From assembly GCA_030390025.1 (NCBI GenBank), contig CM059432.1, forward strand, positions 128,528,001 to 128,592,000: a DNA stretch of 64,000 bases, read 5' to 3'. The notes beneath the pieces were generated by a model, which saw nothing but the letters and a program-made list of their open reading frames with translations, was not told where the DNA came from and ran no database searches. Below, one piece after another: positions 25,486-38,447 of the stretch. A program made the position numbers and the translations under genes. This DNA comes from Squalus acanthias. Its lineage: Eukaryota. Numbering within the stretch: the first letter of the stretch is position 1; each line of letters starts with the position of its first letter.

Positions 25486-26076
25486 ATGAAAATTTTTTGG
25501 GACTGATTTGTGCATATGAAAATCCAAACTGTTAAAACGTGGCCAATATGACATCAATGTATGCAGGGCAGGACTCCATTAAGAAACCTTCCTTAATTGA
25601 GGGGGTTTAATATCCAGGTTGTAATTCACAGGTAGGCTTTTCTCTTTGCTGTTTACTGGGAGTATTTCTCATATTTCAGATTTAAAAAATTAACCACAAT
25701 ATTACTGCAGAAAAATTTTAAATATTTAAATTACTACCAGGAGCAGAAAGGAGCTATGATAGAGGCTTATTTGTCTACCTTTTAACTTCTAGTATTGACC
25801 CACAAATTCTAGGTTTCTGGTTATCAAATTATAATGTTCAAAGGAAATTTTTTTTTTCAACAATATTTCCTTTAATAGCTACTTTTGGTATGCTCATTAC
25901 ATTTAGTGAATAAATTTAAACAAATTCTTGATGCAGTCAAACTTTACCACACTCAGTGTTTGCCTGATGATAAATTATAATGCTTTAGTAATTCTTACAT
26001 ACTCACTGGTGTTTAATTTGGTATACTAGCTAGCCTGATCCAGTCCAGTCCAGACCAGTCCAACCCAGTGAGAAAA

Positions 26077-26737
26077 GGGCCCTGAAATTGCATTGTCTGT
26101 GATGGCGTACTCTCCAGAGTAAGCGTGAAATCCGGAACTTGCGGCCTGTCGATGTATGCGTCGACAGGCCATCCGCAAGGGTCCGAAAAAGCAATTGCTG
26201 GAACAGAGTTGGGCTATTTGCCCAGCGACTGGCCAGCAATTGCCCACGTAAGTCTTACGGTTGGTGTAAGCAGGCGTAGGGGATATCTAAAGCTTAAATT
26301 AAACATTTTTATCTCCTAAATTATGCACATACACATTATTAAATGAGTTTATGCAAATATTGGCCCGGATTACAGTTTTTTGATGTATAAAATTATCAAA
26401 AAATTGAAGTTTTATTAAGGTTGGTGCAATGAAGGAACTTATGAATAAAATTCCAATTCTGTACATTCTATGATTATTAGATTTGGGGATATCATTAGGG
26501 GATTTTTTTTGTAAATGATTGAAAAGGAATTCTCCTTTGTTATTGGAGGAACTGGCCCACGTGATCCCAGGTACGCTTCCGAACCGCCTGGGATCCGTGG
26601 GCCATTACGTTGCCCTCCACTTCGAGGCCTGAGAGCGCAACTCTTCGCAGCCTGGGCGCCAGGAGGTACTTTTGTAATTGTTTCGCGAGTTGGAGGTGTA
26701 CTCTGGAGGTACGCCTCTAACCGCAATTTCTAGGCCC
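26077..26737. mobile_element. MITE, probably Harbinger-type
   Basis: TIR gggccctgaaattgc / gcaatttctaggccc (13/15 match); CpG-rich ends. Confidence 0.72.
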
Positions 26738-26883
26738 AGGCGATTGGATATGCAAGCTAATTAGCTGAAAAGATTTCCATGATTACTTATAAATTGGTGC
26801 ATGGTATTATGGCAACCTTAAAAAAAGGTGAAATTGAAAACTACAAACATAATGAATGTCTGGTTTATTTTTTTCATGTGCAG

Positions 26884-27010
26884 GGAATACAGGAGCAGAT
26901 TTGCGAGTGAAGAAACAGTATCATTTTGTCTGAGGGTGATGGTGGGTGTCATCATTCTTTATGACCATGTGCATCCAGTTGGGGCATTTGCCAAAACGTC
27001 CAAAATTGAT
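26884..27010 (+). CDS. CYRIB: CYRI-B coding exon: (P)[42 protein letters not shown]
   Basis: tgcag acceptor, gtgagt donor, 127 nt; lies within ORF 26828..27118. Confidence 0.97.
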
Positions 27011-27316
27011 GTGAGTTTATCCTACATTGCATCTGACTATGCTGCCATTATGTCATTAAGCTGTTATTTTCACGTTTTGATAAAGTATTTGTATTTGGGA
27101 ATGTTCTCTCCAGCATGAGTGCCAGCTTAGAAGGTAAATTATCCCTTCTCGGCTATATTTTTTTACTAATAAAAGATATATTTCAAATAAGTTGATGTAA
27201 CAAAACTAGGCTTAAATATTTGTATATATATGTAAATTTACACCAAGCTGCTTAAAATAATAATAGATTGTGAATCTGTCAAAATTAATATTATACCTAT
27301 TCAATTTTTCCTACAG

Positions 27317-27387
27317 ATGAAAGGTTGCATAAAAGTCCTAAAGGATCAGCCTCCAAATAGTGTAGAAGGCCTTCTGAATGCTCTCAG
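27317..27387 (+). CDS. CYRIB: CYRI-B coding exon: [23 protein letters not shown](R)
   Basis: cctacag acceptor, gtaatt donor, 71 nt. Confidence 0.96.
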
Positions 27388-27699
27388 GTAATTAGAAACA
27401 TTCATGGCCCTTCAGATTCAGATGTAAACAATGTGATTTGCAGAGTGACCCACTTAGTAAGGGGTTTGAATAGCTAATAATGAAAGTTCTGCTCTGGCTA
27501 CCAGATTCAATTTATTCATGTTAGAAGACTTAATATTGAAAATATTTTGTATCTGGGCTTAAAAAAATAAGAAATGTTTTAAAAGCGGTATTTTCAAACA
27601 CCCAAATTGTAGAATAATAATTTACAATTTAATACATTTTTATAAATCATAGCACTTCACGCATTGCAATTATGTATTATACATTCAAAATTACTTGTT

Positions 27700-28625
27700 A
27701 CACAATGTTAGGTTCCACATGTACACTGATGACACCCAGCCATACCTCACCACCACCTCTCTTGATCCCTCCATTGCTTTTGTTTTGTCAGGCTGCTTGT
27801 ACGATTGGATGTACAGAAATTTCCTCCAATTAAACATTAGGAAGACCAAAGCCATTGTCTGCGGACCCCGCCATTAACTCAATTTTCCAACCACCGATTC
27901 CATCCCCCTCCCTGGCTACTGTCTCGGGCTGAACCAGACTGTTGGCAACCTCGGCATCTTATTTGACCCTGAGATGAGCTTCCGATCTTATATCCTCTCC
28001 ATCACCAAGACCGCCTGCTTCCACCTCCGTAATATTGCCCATCTCCGCTCCTGCCTCAGAGCTGAAGCACACATTCATGCCTTTGTTACCTCCAGACTTA
28101 ACTATTCCAATGCTCTCCTGGCTGGCCTCCCAGCTTCCACACTCCATAAACTTGAGCTCATTCAAAATTCTGCTGCCTGTATCCTAACTCATACCAAGTC
28201 CCATTCACCCATGACCCCTGTGCTCACTGGCTTCCGGTCCATCAACGCCTTGAATTTAAAATTCTCATCCTCATGTTCAAATCCCTTCATGGCCTTGCCC
28301 CTCCCTATCTCTGTAACCTCCTTCAGCCCTACAACCTTCCGAGAACTCTGCGTTCCTCCAATTCAGGCCTCGTGCATCCCCAACTTCCTTCGCCCCACCA
28401 TTGGTGACTCTGCTTTCAGCTATCTAGGCCCTAAGCTCTGGAATTCCCTCCCTAAACCTCTCGACCTCCCTCCTCCTTTAAGATGCTCCTTAAAACCCAC
28501 CTCTTCGACCAATTTTTGGTCACCTGTCACAATGTCTCTTTGGCCCGGTGTTAATTTTTGTCTGATTACGCTCTTGTGAAGCGCCTTGAGCTGCTTTACT
28601 ACGTTAAAGGCAAGTTGTTGTTGAT
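27700..28625 (+). mobile_element. L2 LINE 3' part
   Basis: FHMYTDDTQ, HAFVTSRLNYSNALLAGLP, PKLWNSLP; (ttg)n tail. Confidence 0.92.
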
Positions 28626-28699
28626 GGCAGTCTTGCAAGTTTACCCATCATTTTGCAATAGAGAGACAGGGCACAATAAAATTTGTTTTCACATAATTT

Positions 28700-28845
28700 A
28701 CATAAGAACATAAGAAATAGGAGCAGGAGTATGCCATTCAGCCCTTCGAGCCTGCTCTGCCATTCAATAAGATCATGGCTGATCTTCTACCTCATCTCCA
28801 CTTTCCTGCACTATCCCCATATCCCTTGATTCCCTTAATATCCAA
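28700..28845 (-). mobile_element. CR1 3' end fragment
   Basis: cataagaacataagaaataggagcaggag tail and UTR. Confidence 0.85.
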
Positions 28846-28959
28846 AAAATTTATATTTCTTTAAAAAAAGAAGCATCGTCAAATACAGGATGTACTTACA
28901 TGTCATTATAGTAAGGACCAACTGTCTCGAATTACGGCCGAAATGTAGTTGGCTAATGA

Positions 28960-30320
28960 ACAACCACTTGCATTTATATAATGCATTTAACATAGAAAAA
29001 ATGTCCCAAAGTGCTTCACGGAGGCGTAATAGACAAAAATGGATGCCAAGCCAAAGAAGAAGACATTAGGAAGGGTGACTAAAAACTTGGTCAAAGAAGT
29101 GGGTTTTAAGAAAGCGAAGAGGGAGTTGGATAGGCAGAGGTATTTAGGGAGGGAATTCCAGAGCTCGGTACCTGTATGGCTGAAGACATTAAACCGCCGA
29201 AGGAGCGGGGGGTTGGTGTCCACAAGAGGCCAGAGTCCGGAGCACAGAGAGTTTATGTTGTGGGGGCGGGGGGAGATTGTAGGGCTGGAGGAGGTTACAG
29301 AGGGGTGAGGCCATGAAGGGATTTAAACATGAGGATAAGAATTTTAAATTGGAGGCACTGGGGAAACAGAAGCCAATGTAGTTCAGCGAGAATTGTGGTG
29401 ATGGGTGAGCGGGACTTGGTGCAAGATAGGATATGGGCAGCAGAGCTTTGAATGAGCTGATGTTTACAGAGGTTGGAGGATAGAAGGCTGGCCTGGAGAG
29501 CATTGAAATAGAGTGTGGCAGTGACAAAGGCATGGATGAGGGTTTCAGCAGCTGGTTGGCTGAGGTAGGGGTGAAGGCAGATGATTTTATGGAGGTGGAA
29601 GGAGGCGGTCTTTGCGATGGAGAGAATACGGGGTCAGAAGCTCAACTTGTAGTAGAATAGGGTGCGAACAGTCTGGTTTAGTGAGGAGCGAGATGGAAAT
29701 GAAGGCAAGACCACGGAGTTTGTCGTGGGGTCCAAAGATGACGGCAATCTTGCCGGTGTTTAACCAGAGGAAATTGCGGGTCATCCGAGTGGATATCGGC
29801 TAAGCAGTCTGGCAGCACAGAGGCAGTGGAAGGGTCAAGAAAGGTGGTGGACTGGTAGAGTTGGATCTCATCTGCATTGGGGTAGCCTCAGGAAGTGGAG
29901 GAGGCCAAGGATAGATCCTTGGGAGACTCTGGAGGTAACAGTGCAGGAGTGGGAAGAGAAGCCATTGCTGGAGATGCTGTAACTACAATTGGATAGGCAA
30001 GAGTGGAACCAAGCAAGGGCAGTCCTGGTGAGCTGAACAGTGGAGGAGAAGTGTCCGAGGAGGATGGTGTGGTGAATCATGTCAAAGGCTGCAAAGACGT
30101 TGAGGAGGACAAGGTGGGATAATACACCATGTCCACAGTCACAGAGGATGTGGCAGGGGCAGGATCATGATTGGAGAGGTTCGAACATGGAGATGGGCTC
30201 AGATTTGGGAGGCGATATGTTCAAGGACTTTTGAGAATAAAGGGAGTTTGGAGATGGGGCGATAGTTTGCAAGCTCCATGATCAAGGGTAGGATTTTTTT
30301 TTAAAGAGGGACGTGATGAC
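28960..30320 (-). mobile_element. L2 LINE, degenerate
   Basis: caaccacttgcatttatata tail; antisense VSQGSILG, LWNSLPK, HHTILL. Confidence 0.88.
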
Positions 30321-30384
30321 AACAGATTTGATCAAGCCTTGTATCTTTTATGTGCTGGTCCTTGAAAAGCAATCTGATAGCGTA

Positions 30385-30810
30385 AATGCATAGAATTTAC
30401 AGCACAGAAACAGGCCATTTGCCCAATTGGTCTATGCTGGTGTTTATGCTCCTCACGAGCCTCCTCCCACCCTACTTCATCTAACCCTACCTGCATATCC
30501 TTCTATTCCTTTCTCTTGCATGTACTTATCTAGCTTCCCCTTAAAGGCAACTATGCTATTTGCCTCAACTACTCCTTGTGGTAGCAAGTTCCACATTCTA
30601 ACTACTCTCTGGGTAAAGAAATTTCTCCTAAATTCTTTATTGGATTTATTAGTGACTATCTTATATTGATGGCCCCTAGTTTTGAACTCCCCCATAAGTG
30701 GAAACATCTTCTCTATGTGTACCCGAACAAACCCCTTCATAATCTTAAAGACCTCTATTAGGTCACCCCTCAGCCTTCTCTTTTCTAGAGAAAAGAGCCC
30801 CAGTATGTTC
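30385..30810 (-). mobile_element. CR1 3' fragment
   Basis: ORF 30477..30890 LGLFSLEKRRLRGDLIEVFK; catagaatttacagcacag tail. Confidence 0.9.
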
Positions 30811-30973
30811 AGGCATTGTTCTATTATGTGGAAAGGATATTTTATTAAACCGTTTAATTTTGCCCGTGTACGATTGTATAATGCCTCCATACAAAATAAT
30901 ATGTCCTTATGTCTGAGATTAATTCCAATTCATCTGAAGCATTGTTTCAGAGATGTAACATTCTGCTTTCCAG

Positions 30974-31037
30974 GTACACCACCAAGCATTTGAATGATGA
31001 GACTACCTCCAAGCAAATTAAGACAATGTTGCAGTAA
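30974..31037 (+). CDS. CYRIB: CYRI-B last coding exon: (R)YTTKHLNDETTSKQIKTMLQ*
   Basis: ttccag acceptor, TAA at 31035-31037; nine exons total 902 nt, leaving 73 nt for the missing first coding exon of a 324-aa protein. Confidence 0.96.
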
Positions 31038-31740
31038 AGCATAGCAACAGAGCTGGCTACAGAGGACAGTATTCTGCAATGATTTGAGATGCACAGATAT
31101 GTTTTTAATGTTTAAAGAATGCAACTGCTTTTTTCTTTGTTTTTTAAAATGTGTTCCTGCTCTTAAAATAGCTAAACTTATTTTCTGTGCCAAATTCTCT
31201 CAAAAAACTCGATACATAAAGTGCAAAAAGTGTTTACTTTGTTTCACGTTTGAATGAATGGATGGTCATGGAGCACATTGGCAGCTACTATTCACAAGTT
31301 GGGTGTCTTTGTATGTGTAAGGAAATTCAGTAACTTGGCCTAAAAGACAAAGAAAATCTCTGTTCCGTTTCTATTGATTAATATTTAATACAGCTTCTGC
31401 ATGACAAAGCCTTTTCATGCTGTGTAAAACTTCAAAAAAAAGTCATTTTCTATCGCAGCTTCATCATGTGCATCCATTTAAAAATTGAACAGATGTTAAA
31501 TTAACTATATATGTTTTATTGTACAAAAAGGTACCTAGCACAACGGACTACAAATTATAGTACAAGTCTGTTTTGTTAATACTTCAGTTTGCATTGACTC
31601 ATTTTGTACGAGTGTATGTAAGTTTAACATTCATTAAACTAACGTTAAACTGTGATGTGTGCGTAACAGATGCGTATGCATGTACATGTAAAATGAACAG
31701 CTGTTGGTCAAATAAAATGAGCTTTTGTTTTTCTAAAACC
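31038..31740 (+). other. CYRIB: CYRIB 3' UTR (approximate end)
   Basis: AU-rich, TE-free sequence after the stop codon up to AATAAA at 31711. Confidence 0.6.
31711..31716 (+). terminator. Probable polyadenylation signal AATAAA (alternative at 31908-31913)
   Basis: AATAAA followed by U/GU-rich tracts. Confidence 0.55.
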
Positions 31741-33299
31741 TGACTGTTGAGGTTTGGATTATTTACATTTTTTTTCTGACCATCACCTCGTATTTATTCA
31801 CTAAATGACTACAAACTTACCCTTTTGGATTCTAAATCTGCTCTATATCTGATTATCTACCATATCCATCACATTAACCTTCACAAAATGTTACACTATT
31901 CAACAAAAATAAAAATGTGTTCATACTGGCTAGTATTTTCTCCATAAAAGATAAAAATCTGAACACAAATATTTGGTACTCTGGATGCTCACTTAGAATG
32001 TGATCCATGTAAAAATGTATTGCAAAACATTCAGCAGAAATCCACTCAACACTAGGATTATGGAAATTTGGTTACTTGACTGGGGTCTTCTGCAAACAAC
32101 CTGACAATACAGCACATATCATAGTTCATAGTTCACTGTTATTGTAACAGCAACCTTATGCGAAATTCCAGCAAAGCAGATTAAGGCTATAACTAGATAA
32201 TATACTATCGTTGTATATGTGGATTTAATTCTACGGCTCTCACCTGGTGATTCTATGAAGCATTCGGAGCCTGAGGACATAAAATACAGAACAAGAAAAG
32301 TTCATTAAGTCCATTCCTCCCATAGCCCATATTGAATTTGTGTTAAGGACTCTACTCATTCAGCCTACTGTGGGAGACACCAACCATGGGCGGTAATTGG
32401 TAACTTGTTAAAGATCTGTGAGAATTTCTCTGTGAGCTAATAGGATAATCAAGGGAAACTCCAGCTAACTCCACTCTGACCACTTGCATTCCACAGATAG
32501 GGCATCTAATATTGCCAACAGTGTAAGCACCAATGTGTGATGCAGAGTATGTGACCGTGTAGATCTACCGTTACCCTTACAATCCTCAATTTCATTCCTA
32601 GCTGCTTAATCGAGAAGTTACGATTGGATAGGCATGGGGAGCTTGCTGATTTGGGCGCAGGTTAGCCAGTGCTGTAGTACCTAGTCCAAGGGCTGATGCA
32701 GATATATAAAGGAACAGTCAAATTTAACAGGCAAACTAAGATTTGTGACTCATTTGCAGTATGCAGACTGAGTTGCAGTGCTGGCAAAGCAGACCCGCTA
32801 GTTTTTCTGTTGCTGAAATGGGACTGCAACTGCATGAAGTCGAGAAAAAGAAGGTTGCCCTGTTTGGCATTCTAGAGAACCGCATCCACCACAGGAGAGC
32901 AGTCAACAGAAGGTGGTGGCACAATATGCCATTTCAGTCTGGCACCTAATTTGCAAAAGGTATTTAGACCTGAATAGCTAAAGAATAGCTGAACTGATAT
33001 CTTCAACAAAGTAGGTCAGCAAAGTATGCTTGTCACTTTGTTTCTTTACATTGTCCCATGCAAAACACTAAAACTACCTTACAGATTTTTGACTCTTTAC
33101 CATGCATGCACTTACTGCAGCAGGGCACCAATTCTGGCTACAACTTATCACTGAATTGCTTGCACATGGATGTCTTAAAAGGGCTTCTCATACAAAAAAA
33201 GTCTCTTTTTTTCTTCCACCAGACTCCTGGGCTGCTGAAGCCTGCTCCATTTTGCCAGTTTTTCATGCTTCCCATTCTACTTACCGATTCCCCCTTTAG

Positions 33300-33605
33300 C
33301 TCTTCTCACATTCGGTCTTCTATGTCTTAATTCTTTGGTTTAGCTCTCTATGCCTCATTTTGTCATGTGCATATCACTTCTGCCCTTTAATTATTTCCAG
33401 ATCTTCGCCATGGCACATTACGGATCATTCCATGTTTTTTTTCCTCTGTGTGTGGTGGTTGTTTCCCCCTACTCGTCCCTCTTTCCTTTGCTCTGTTCCT
33501 TCCCAAATACTGTTGTTCTATAAGATCTTTCAGTTCTGTGAAAGGATTTATACCTGAAACATTAACTGACTCGTGTTTTCTCGATGGATGCTGCCTGACC
33601 ACCTT
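33300..33605 (+). mobile_element. Putative Penelope-like terminal repeat fragment with degenerate hammerhead motif
   Basis: Pyrimidine-rich run followed by cagttctgtgaaagg...cctgaaacattaact...gatgctgcctgacc; resembles a common shark repeat from memory. Confidence 0.55.
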
Positions 33606-33859
33606 GGGATGTTTTTACCACGTTAAAGGTAAAAACCCAGGCCAATTAGGGAACTGGAATCTGGAAAATTTTCTGACCCCCTTTAGGCGATCGAAACTAG
33701 TACAGGAGACTACTCTGGCCCTGATTAATGTTATAAGGTACCTCTACCCCAGCCAGAAACAAGTCCAGCTCTTGCTTGAAAGAATAAAGCAAATCAGCGT
33801 TCACCACACGAGCCGGCCGCCTGTTCCACTATTCTCCAGCAAAAGAACCACCTCCTAAC

Positions 33860-35570
33860 ATCTAACCTAGTTCAAGACCTTACATAACTTGAGGTAGTGA
33901 CCCCTGGTCCTCTCTAACCTATTTAGTTGGAACAAACTGTCTCCACAAACACAATGTATTCCCTTCAGCATCTTATAAACCTCGATCAAATCACCCCTAT
34001 GTCTACGCTTCTCTAAAGTGTAGAGCTGCAGTTCTTTTAGCCTATCCTTGTGACCCGCCTCGCAGCCTTTCCAAAGCCTCAATACCATCCACCATGTGCG
34101 GAGGCTAAAATTGGATGCAGTAACTGAGGCCTAACCAGCGTTTTGTACAAGGACAAAATAGTATGCTTTGTCTTCTAGTCAATTGTCCTGTAAATACACC
34201 CCCAACACCCTATTCGCTCTAGCTATTGCTTCAAGGTGTTGGTCATGAATCTTTAGAGATTTATGCACTCAGAACGCTCAGCTCTCTCTCTCCACTGGCT
34301 TTACTACTTTTCCCTGAGCAGTGTATGTATGCTCAGCATTTTCCCGGCCTACATGCATAACACTGCACTTTACCAAGTTAAACAACGTTTGCCAGTCACA
34401 AGCCCAATCCCTCAGTGCATCTAGATCTGCCTGTAGTACTCGAGCATTGTCGACAGTCCTGACTCTCACTCATATCTCTGTATCATCCGCAAATTTGCAG
34501 GTTGTTCCCCCAACATCTATGTCTAGATCATTAATAAAAATAGTAAACAGCAATGGCCCTAACACCAGTCTCCAAGCAGAACCAAATCCATCTACAACCA
34601 TTTTCTTCCAGCTTGTTCTCAATCCAGCACAGTAGATTACCACAAATACTGGAGGGTTCGATCTTGTAGAGAAGCCTCTTATGAAGTACATTATCAAAAG
34701 CTTTTTGGACGTCTAGGTAGACAATGTCTACCAGGTTTCCCTCATCCACTATCTTGGTGACTTTGTCAAAAAATACAATACAGTTAGTAAGACATGATGC
34801 ACTTTTTATGAAGCCATGTTGGGTGTCCCTCATATGTCCTTCTCTGTCTAAGTAGTCGTATTTTGCATCCCCAATGATTCCCTCAAGCATTTTCTCTATC
34901 ACTAAGGTCAAACTCATGGGCCTATCGTTACCCTGATCTGTCTTATCTAATTTGTTAGAGATCGGAACTACATCAACCTCCTCCTAGTCTAAGGGAGTAG
35001 TCCTAGACTCCATCAAGCTATTAAAGGTACAGGCAAGGGGCTCGTACAGCACCTGTCCCATCTCTCCGAGGACCCTCGGGTGGATATCATTCGGACTGAC
35101 TGGCCCATCTATTTTAAGGTTCCTTATACTATCTAAAACAACATGTTTGGCTATTGTAATGTTAGCAGCCTTATTGTTGACATCATGATTAAATTCTGAC
35201 AATCGAGCATCATCTTTAAGAGTGAAGACTGTTGCAAAATACTCATTTAGTATCTCTCCCATATCCCGTGAGTCTTTTATAACCTGTCCTTGAGTATCCA
35301 TCAGTGGCCCAATACAGTTCTTGGCAGTTCACTGATTCTTCACGTAGCTGAAAAAGCTTTTCCCATTACTACAATAATTGTCTATGATCCTCTTTTCCAG
35401 TAACCTTTTAGCTGATGTAATAGTGGCCTTAGTTTTCTTTAGCTGTCCCCGCTACCTATCTTTGTTTTGTTGAGTATTATATGACTTCAGTTTGTAGAAA
35501 CATTTTTGTTTACATCTTACTTGTCTTTCTACATGACCAATCAGCCACCTTAGCTTTTTCTTACCATTTT
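33860..35570 (-). mobile_element. Old CR1-type LINE ORF2 (RT), degenerate
   Basis: QHGFIKSASCLTN, VDIVYLDVQKAFDNV, LGPLLFTIFINDLD, KFADDTEI, LEKRRHRGDLIEVYK. Confidence 0.9.
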
Positions 35571-35864
35571 ATTAATTTACAAAGAGTTATCTTAATTCTT
35601 AGAGTTGTGATATTTTGTATTATTTTATCCATTTGAGTTAGGTGGAAGGATGTCAAGTGTAAGTATAGCGTATGTGCTTGTCCATCTTTTGTTTAATTTG
35701 CTGAATATTTTTAACTTTAAATGAGATCTGATGTGATCCTGTACAGCTTTCAGAGACGAGTGAGATCTTTTCAAGGTGTGGGAGGCTGATCACTGGTGGG
35801 ATCGGTGATACTGCTGCTGCTTTTTATTTTTTATCAACACTCTGTTTGAAGACGTTGGAAGAAT

Positions 35865-35975
35865 GATCTACAAGTTTGTGGATGACACAAAGATATGTGT
35901 GAGTGTAAGGACCTTAGATGAGCAAAGTAGATTGCAGGTGGATTTGGACACAATGGGGGAAGAGCCCATGTCTGG
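35865..35975 (+). mobile_element. CR1-type RT fragment
   Basis: IYKFVDDTKICVSVRTLDEQSRLQVDLD. Confidence 0.7.
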
Positions 35976-36879
35976 CAATGACTTGTGGATAAGTCTACTA
36001 GCCTCATCTGTGCAGTCATGCAGGAAGGCTCATCAATACTGCAGTCCACCCTTTAAGACTTAGCACCTCCACAGCCATCTACAGCAGAGCTCTCAGTGGC
36101 AGAATTCCTAAGCACAATGAGAGCATCTCTTGAATTCTCAGTCTAAACCTATAAAGGCTCTCTTGTCTGACTTTGACATGCTTGTAAATCGGATGGAGCG
36201 AGCCATTACGCAGGAATTCAGCGCTGCCCAGAAATCTGCTCCCATGCAGATCAGTGGCTATGGTGCTCAGCAGCAGGGGCATGGATAGAATGGACATAGG
36301 GGGTGGGGGGAGGCTATTATCTCTAGGGAGCACTACATCTGGTCCATTTTGCCACCAGTCTCAAAGCCAAATAGATTTCCAAGATAGTTGAACAGACAAG
36401 GCAGCTACTGCAGCAGTGAACTTGGAAAAACCCATAGCAGAGCTTTCTCATAATCCGGCGCAAGGACATGGGGGCCACCTCAATTCCGAGAGGCTTCTAT
36501 GAGCAACCAGCAGCCAACGTCTTGTTCTTTCCATTGGGGAAACACCTCGGAGCACTGGATTAGGTTCGAGAAGACACACACCAAGAGGAAACAGCAGGAT
36601 AATGATTGACCACACATTCACTGATAATTTTTAGGGAAATAAATTGGGTGCACCTAATTTCAACTTTGTCTATTGGTGTAGAATAAGGAAGGATCAACAG
36701 CAAGGAAAGGTTTCTATGGTAGGTTGGGCAGTGAAGAGGACAATGTTGGGGTCAGTGTTTTGATCCACTGCATAGTGCACGGGTCTCTTTTTTTAATGGG
36801 CAGGTCAGCTGCTTATGCGAACGTCTCCTCAGAGCCTGGCATACTGCTTTATCTGGCTGAAAAGCTTTTTCTGCAGCAA

Positions 36880-37700
36880 CATCATCCGGCTGCTGTCAGT
36901 GTTGTCTTCTGCTGTAGATGGTTCTCATGCTCCACCTCCTCCATAATTAGGCCTCTTTGGATGCAAAACTTTGGAGCGTACAGCAGCTAATGATGATTTT
37001 GGTAATCTTGACGGAGCTGTACCGCAAGACATCCCTGAGTTATCCAACCATTTGAAACAATGTTTCATGATCCCAATATGCAGATGCATGGATGCCATTA
37101 ATCTCCATTCATGTTCAGACCATGGGTCTCGCAAGGGCATCAGTAATCAGGGCTGCAGAGGATAGACTTTGTCTCCTAGGAGCCACCTTTCAAGTTTGGC
37201 TTCTCCTTTAAATAATCCCAATCTTAAAATAAAGGAAATGTAACTCATGCCTGCAGAATGAACATTGGCCTGCGTGACCCTGTGATGTTGGTCAATGGCC
37301 ACCCGAACATTGATAGAATGGAACCCTTTGCGATTCAGGAATGCCATGGCATCGTATCGAGCAGCTCAGATGGCCACATGACTACCAACAATAATAGCTA
37401 GACTTTGGGGAATCTGGCAATGTGGAAGAATTGCAGTGTCATCTCATTCTCCTGGGGGAAAATGATGAAGGTGTTTACCCTGGTGAACAAAGTAGCAAGG
37501 AGCTGCTTGATGCATCTGTGCACTGCTGATTGATATTGTAGATGCCTCCTATGGTAATGTGGAAGGACCCAGAAGGGCAGAAAGTGAGGGCATTTGTTAC
37601 ACTTAATTACCACTGGCAGTGCAGTCCCTGTACTGTCGGCAGGTCAGTTTGCAGCAGGTAATACAATTCTGTCTTTGCCTCCCTGATGAAGCTTAATCTG
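36880..37700 (-). mobile_element. PIF/Harbinger transposase relic (HARBI1-like DDE)
   Basis: ALPVVIK, RFPKV*AIIVGSHVAI (cf. GFPxVxGAIDCTHV), FLNRKGFHSINV, WLLGDKVYPL, IGIMKHCFKWLD; frameshifted. Confidence 0.88.
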
Positions 37701-38431
37701 CAAAGAGTTCTCTCCCGACACCTGCAAACGCCACTCAGTAGATAATGGTGGGTGTGAATCGATCACTACTGATGTAGACAAACATCCTCGGCATTCCTTC
37801 TTCTGCCTCCAAAAACTCAGCGATACAAGAGCACTGAGTGTTCGACCGATTTTCACAATTTTAGGTATAGCAATCAAAATTTAAGCAGTTCACCTTTAAG
37901 AAATTACTTTCTGGAAGGACAGAACATGACTGGCCTTTAATGGTCATTTTACATGGGCCGGTAAGTGCACAGTGAGATTCATGGGTAAAAATTGAGACAA
38001 GAGTGTATCATACTGCATTTGACAATGTAAATCCTGCATATTTGGTGATTAAAAAGGCTGGCAGGAAAATCTGGTGCTGCGCAAGACCAGGAGGAAGCTG
38101 CTGAAATGGGGTAGCATGCTATTTCTTGGCACGTATGCCCCATTGGTGCCAGTGCAAACTATCTTGCAGGCGCCATTGATTTTAATCAACAAAGCGAGGT
38201 GCGATGAATGGACATCCTGGAAGAGTGCATAACGAAGGAACAGCTGGCTTGTGGTCGCAGTATTTGGACCACGCGCCATTTGGGGTTGAGTGGTCAGTAA
38301 GCTGCCTGGTGGAGTCGAAGTCAATTCAAGCAAAGAGGCCAGGTTTGAGTGGAGAAGTCAGTCAGACAGTCCAGAAAGGTGGCTGATTATTTTCTCTCCG
38401 AAGTTAGTCGTCGCTGCACAGTTATTTAAAT

Positions 38432-38447
38432 CCAGCAGGTGGCGGTC
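38432..38447 (+). promoter_or_regulatory. CTCF-like motif CCAGCAGGTGGCGGTC
   Basis: Close match to CTCF core consensus; motif only. Confidence 0.5.

Noticed and set aside
36880..37700. Host HARBI1 gene
   Set aside because: Frameshifts, stops and degenerate catalytic motifs indicate a transposon fossil
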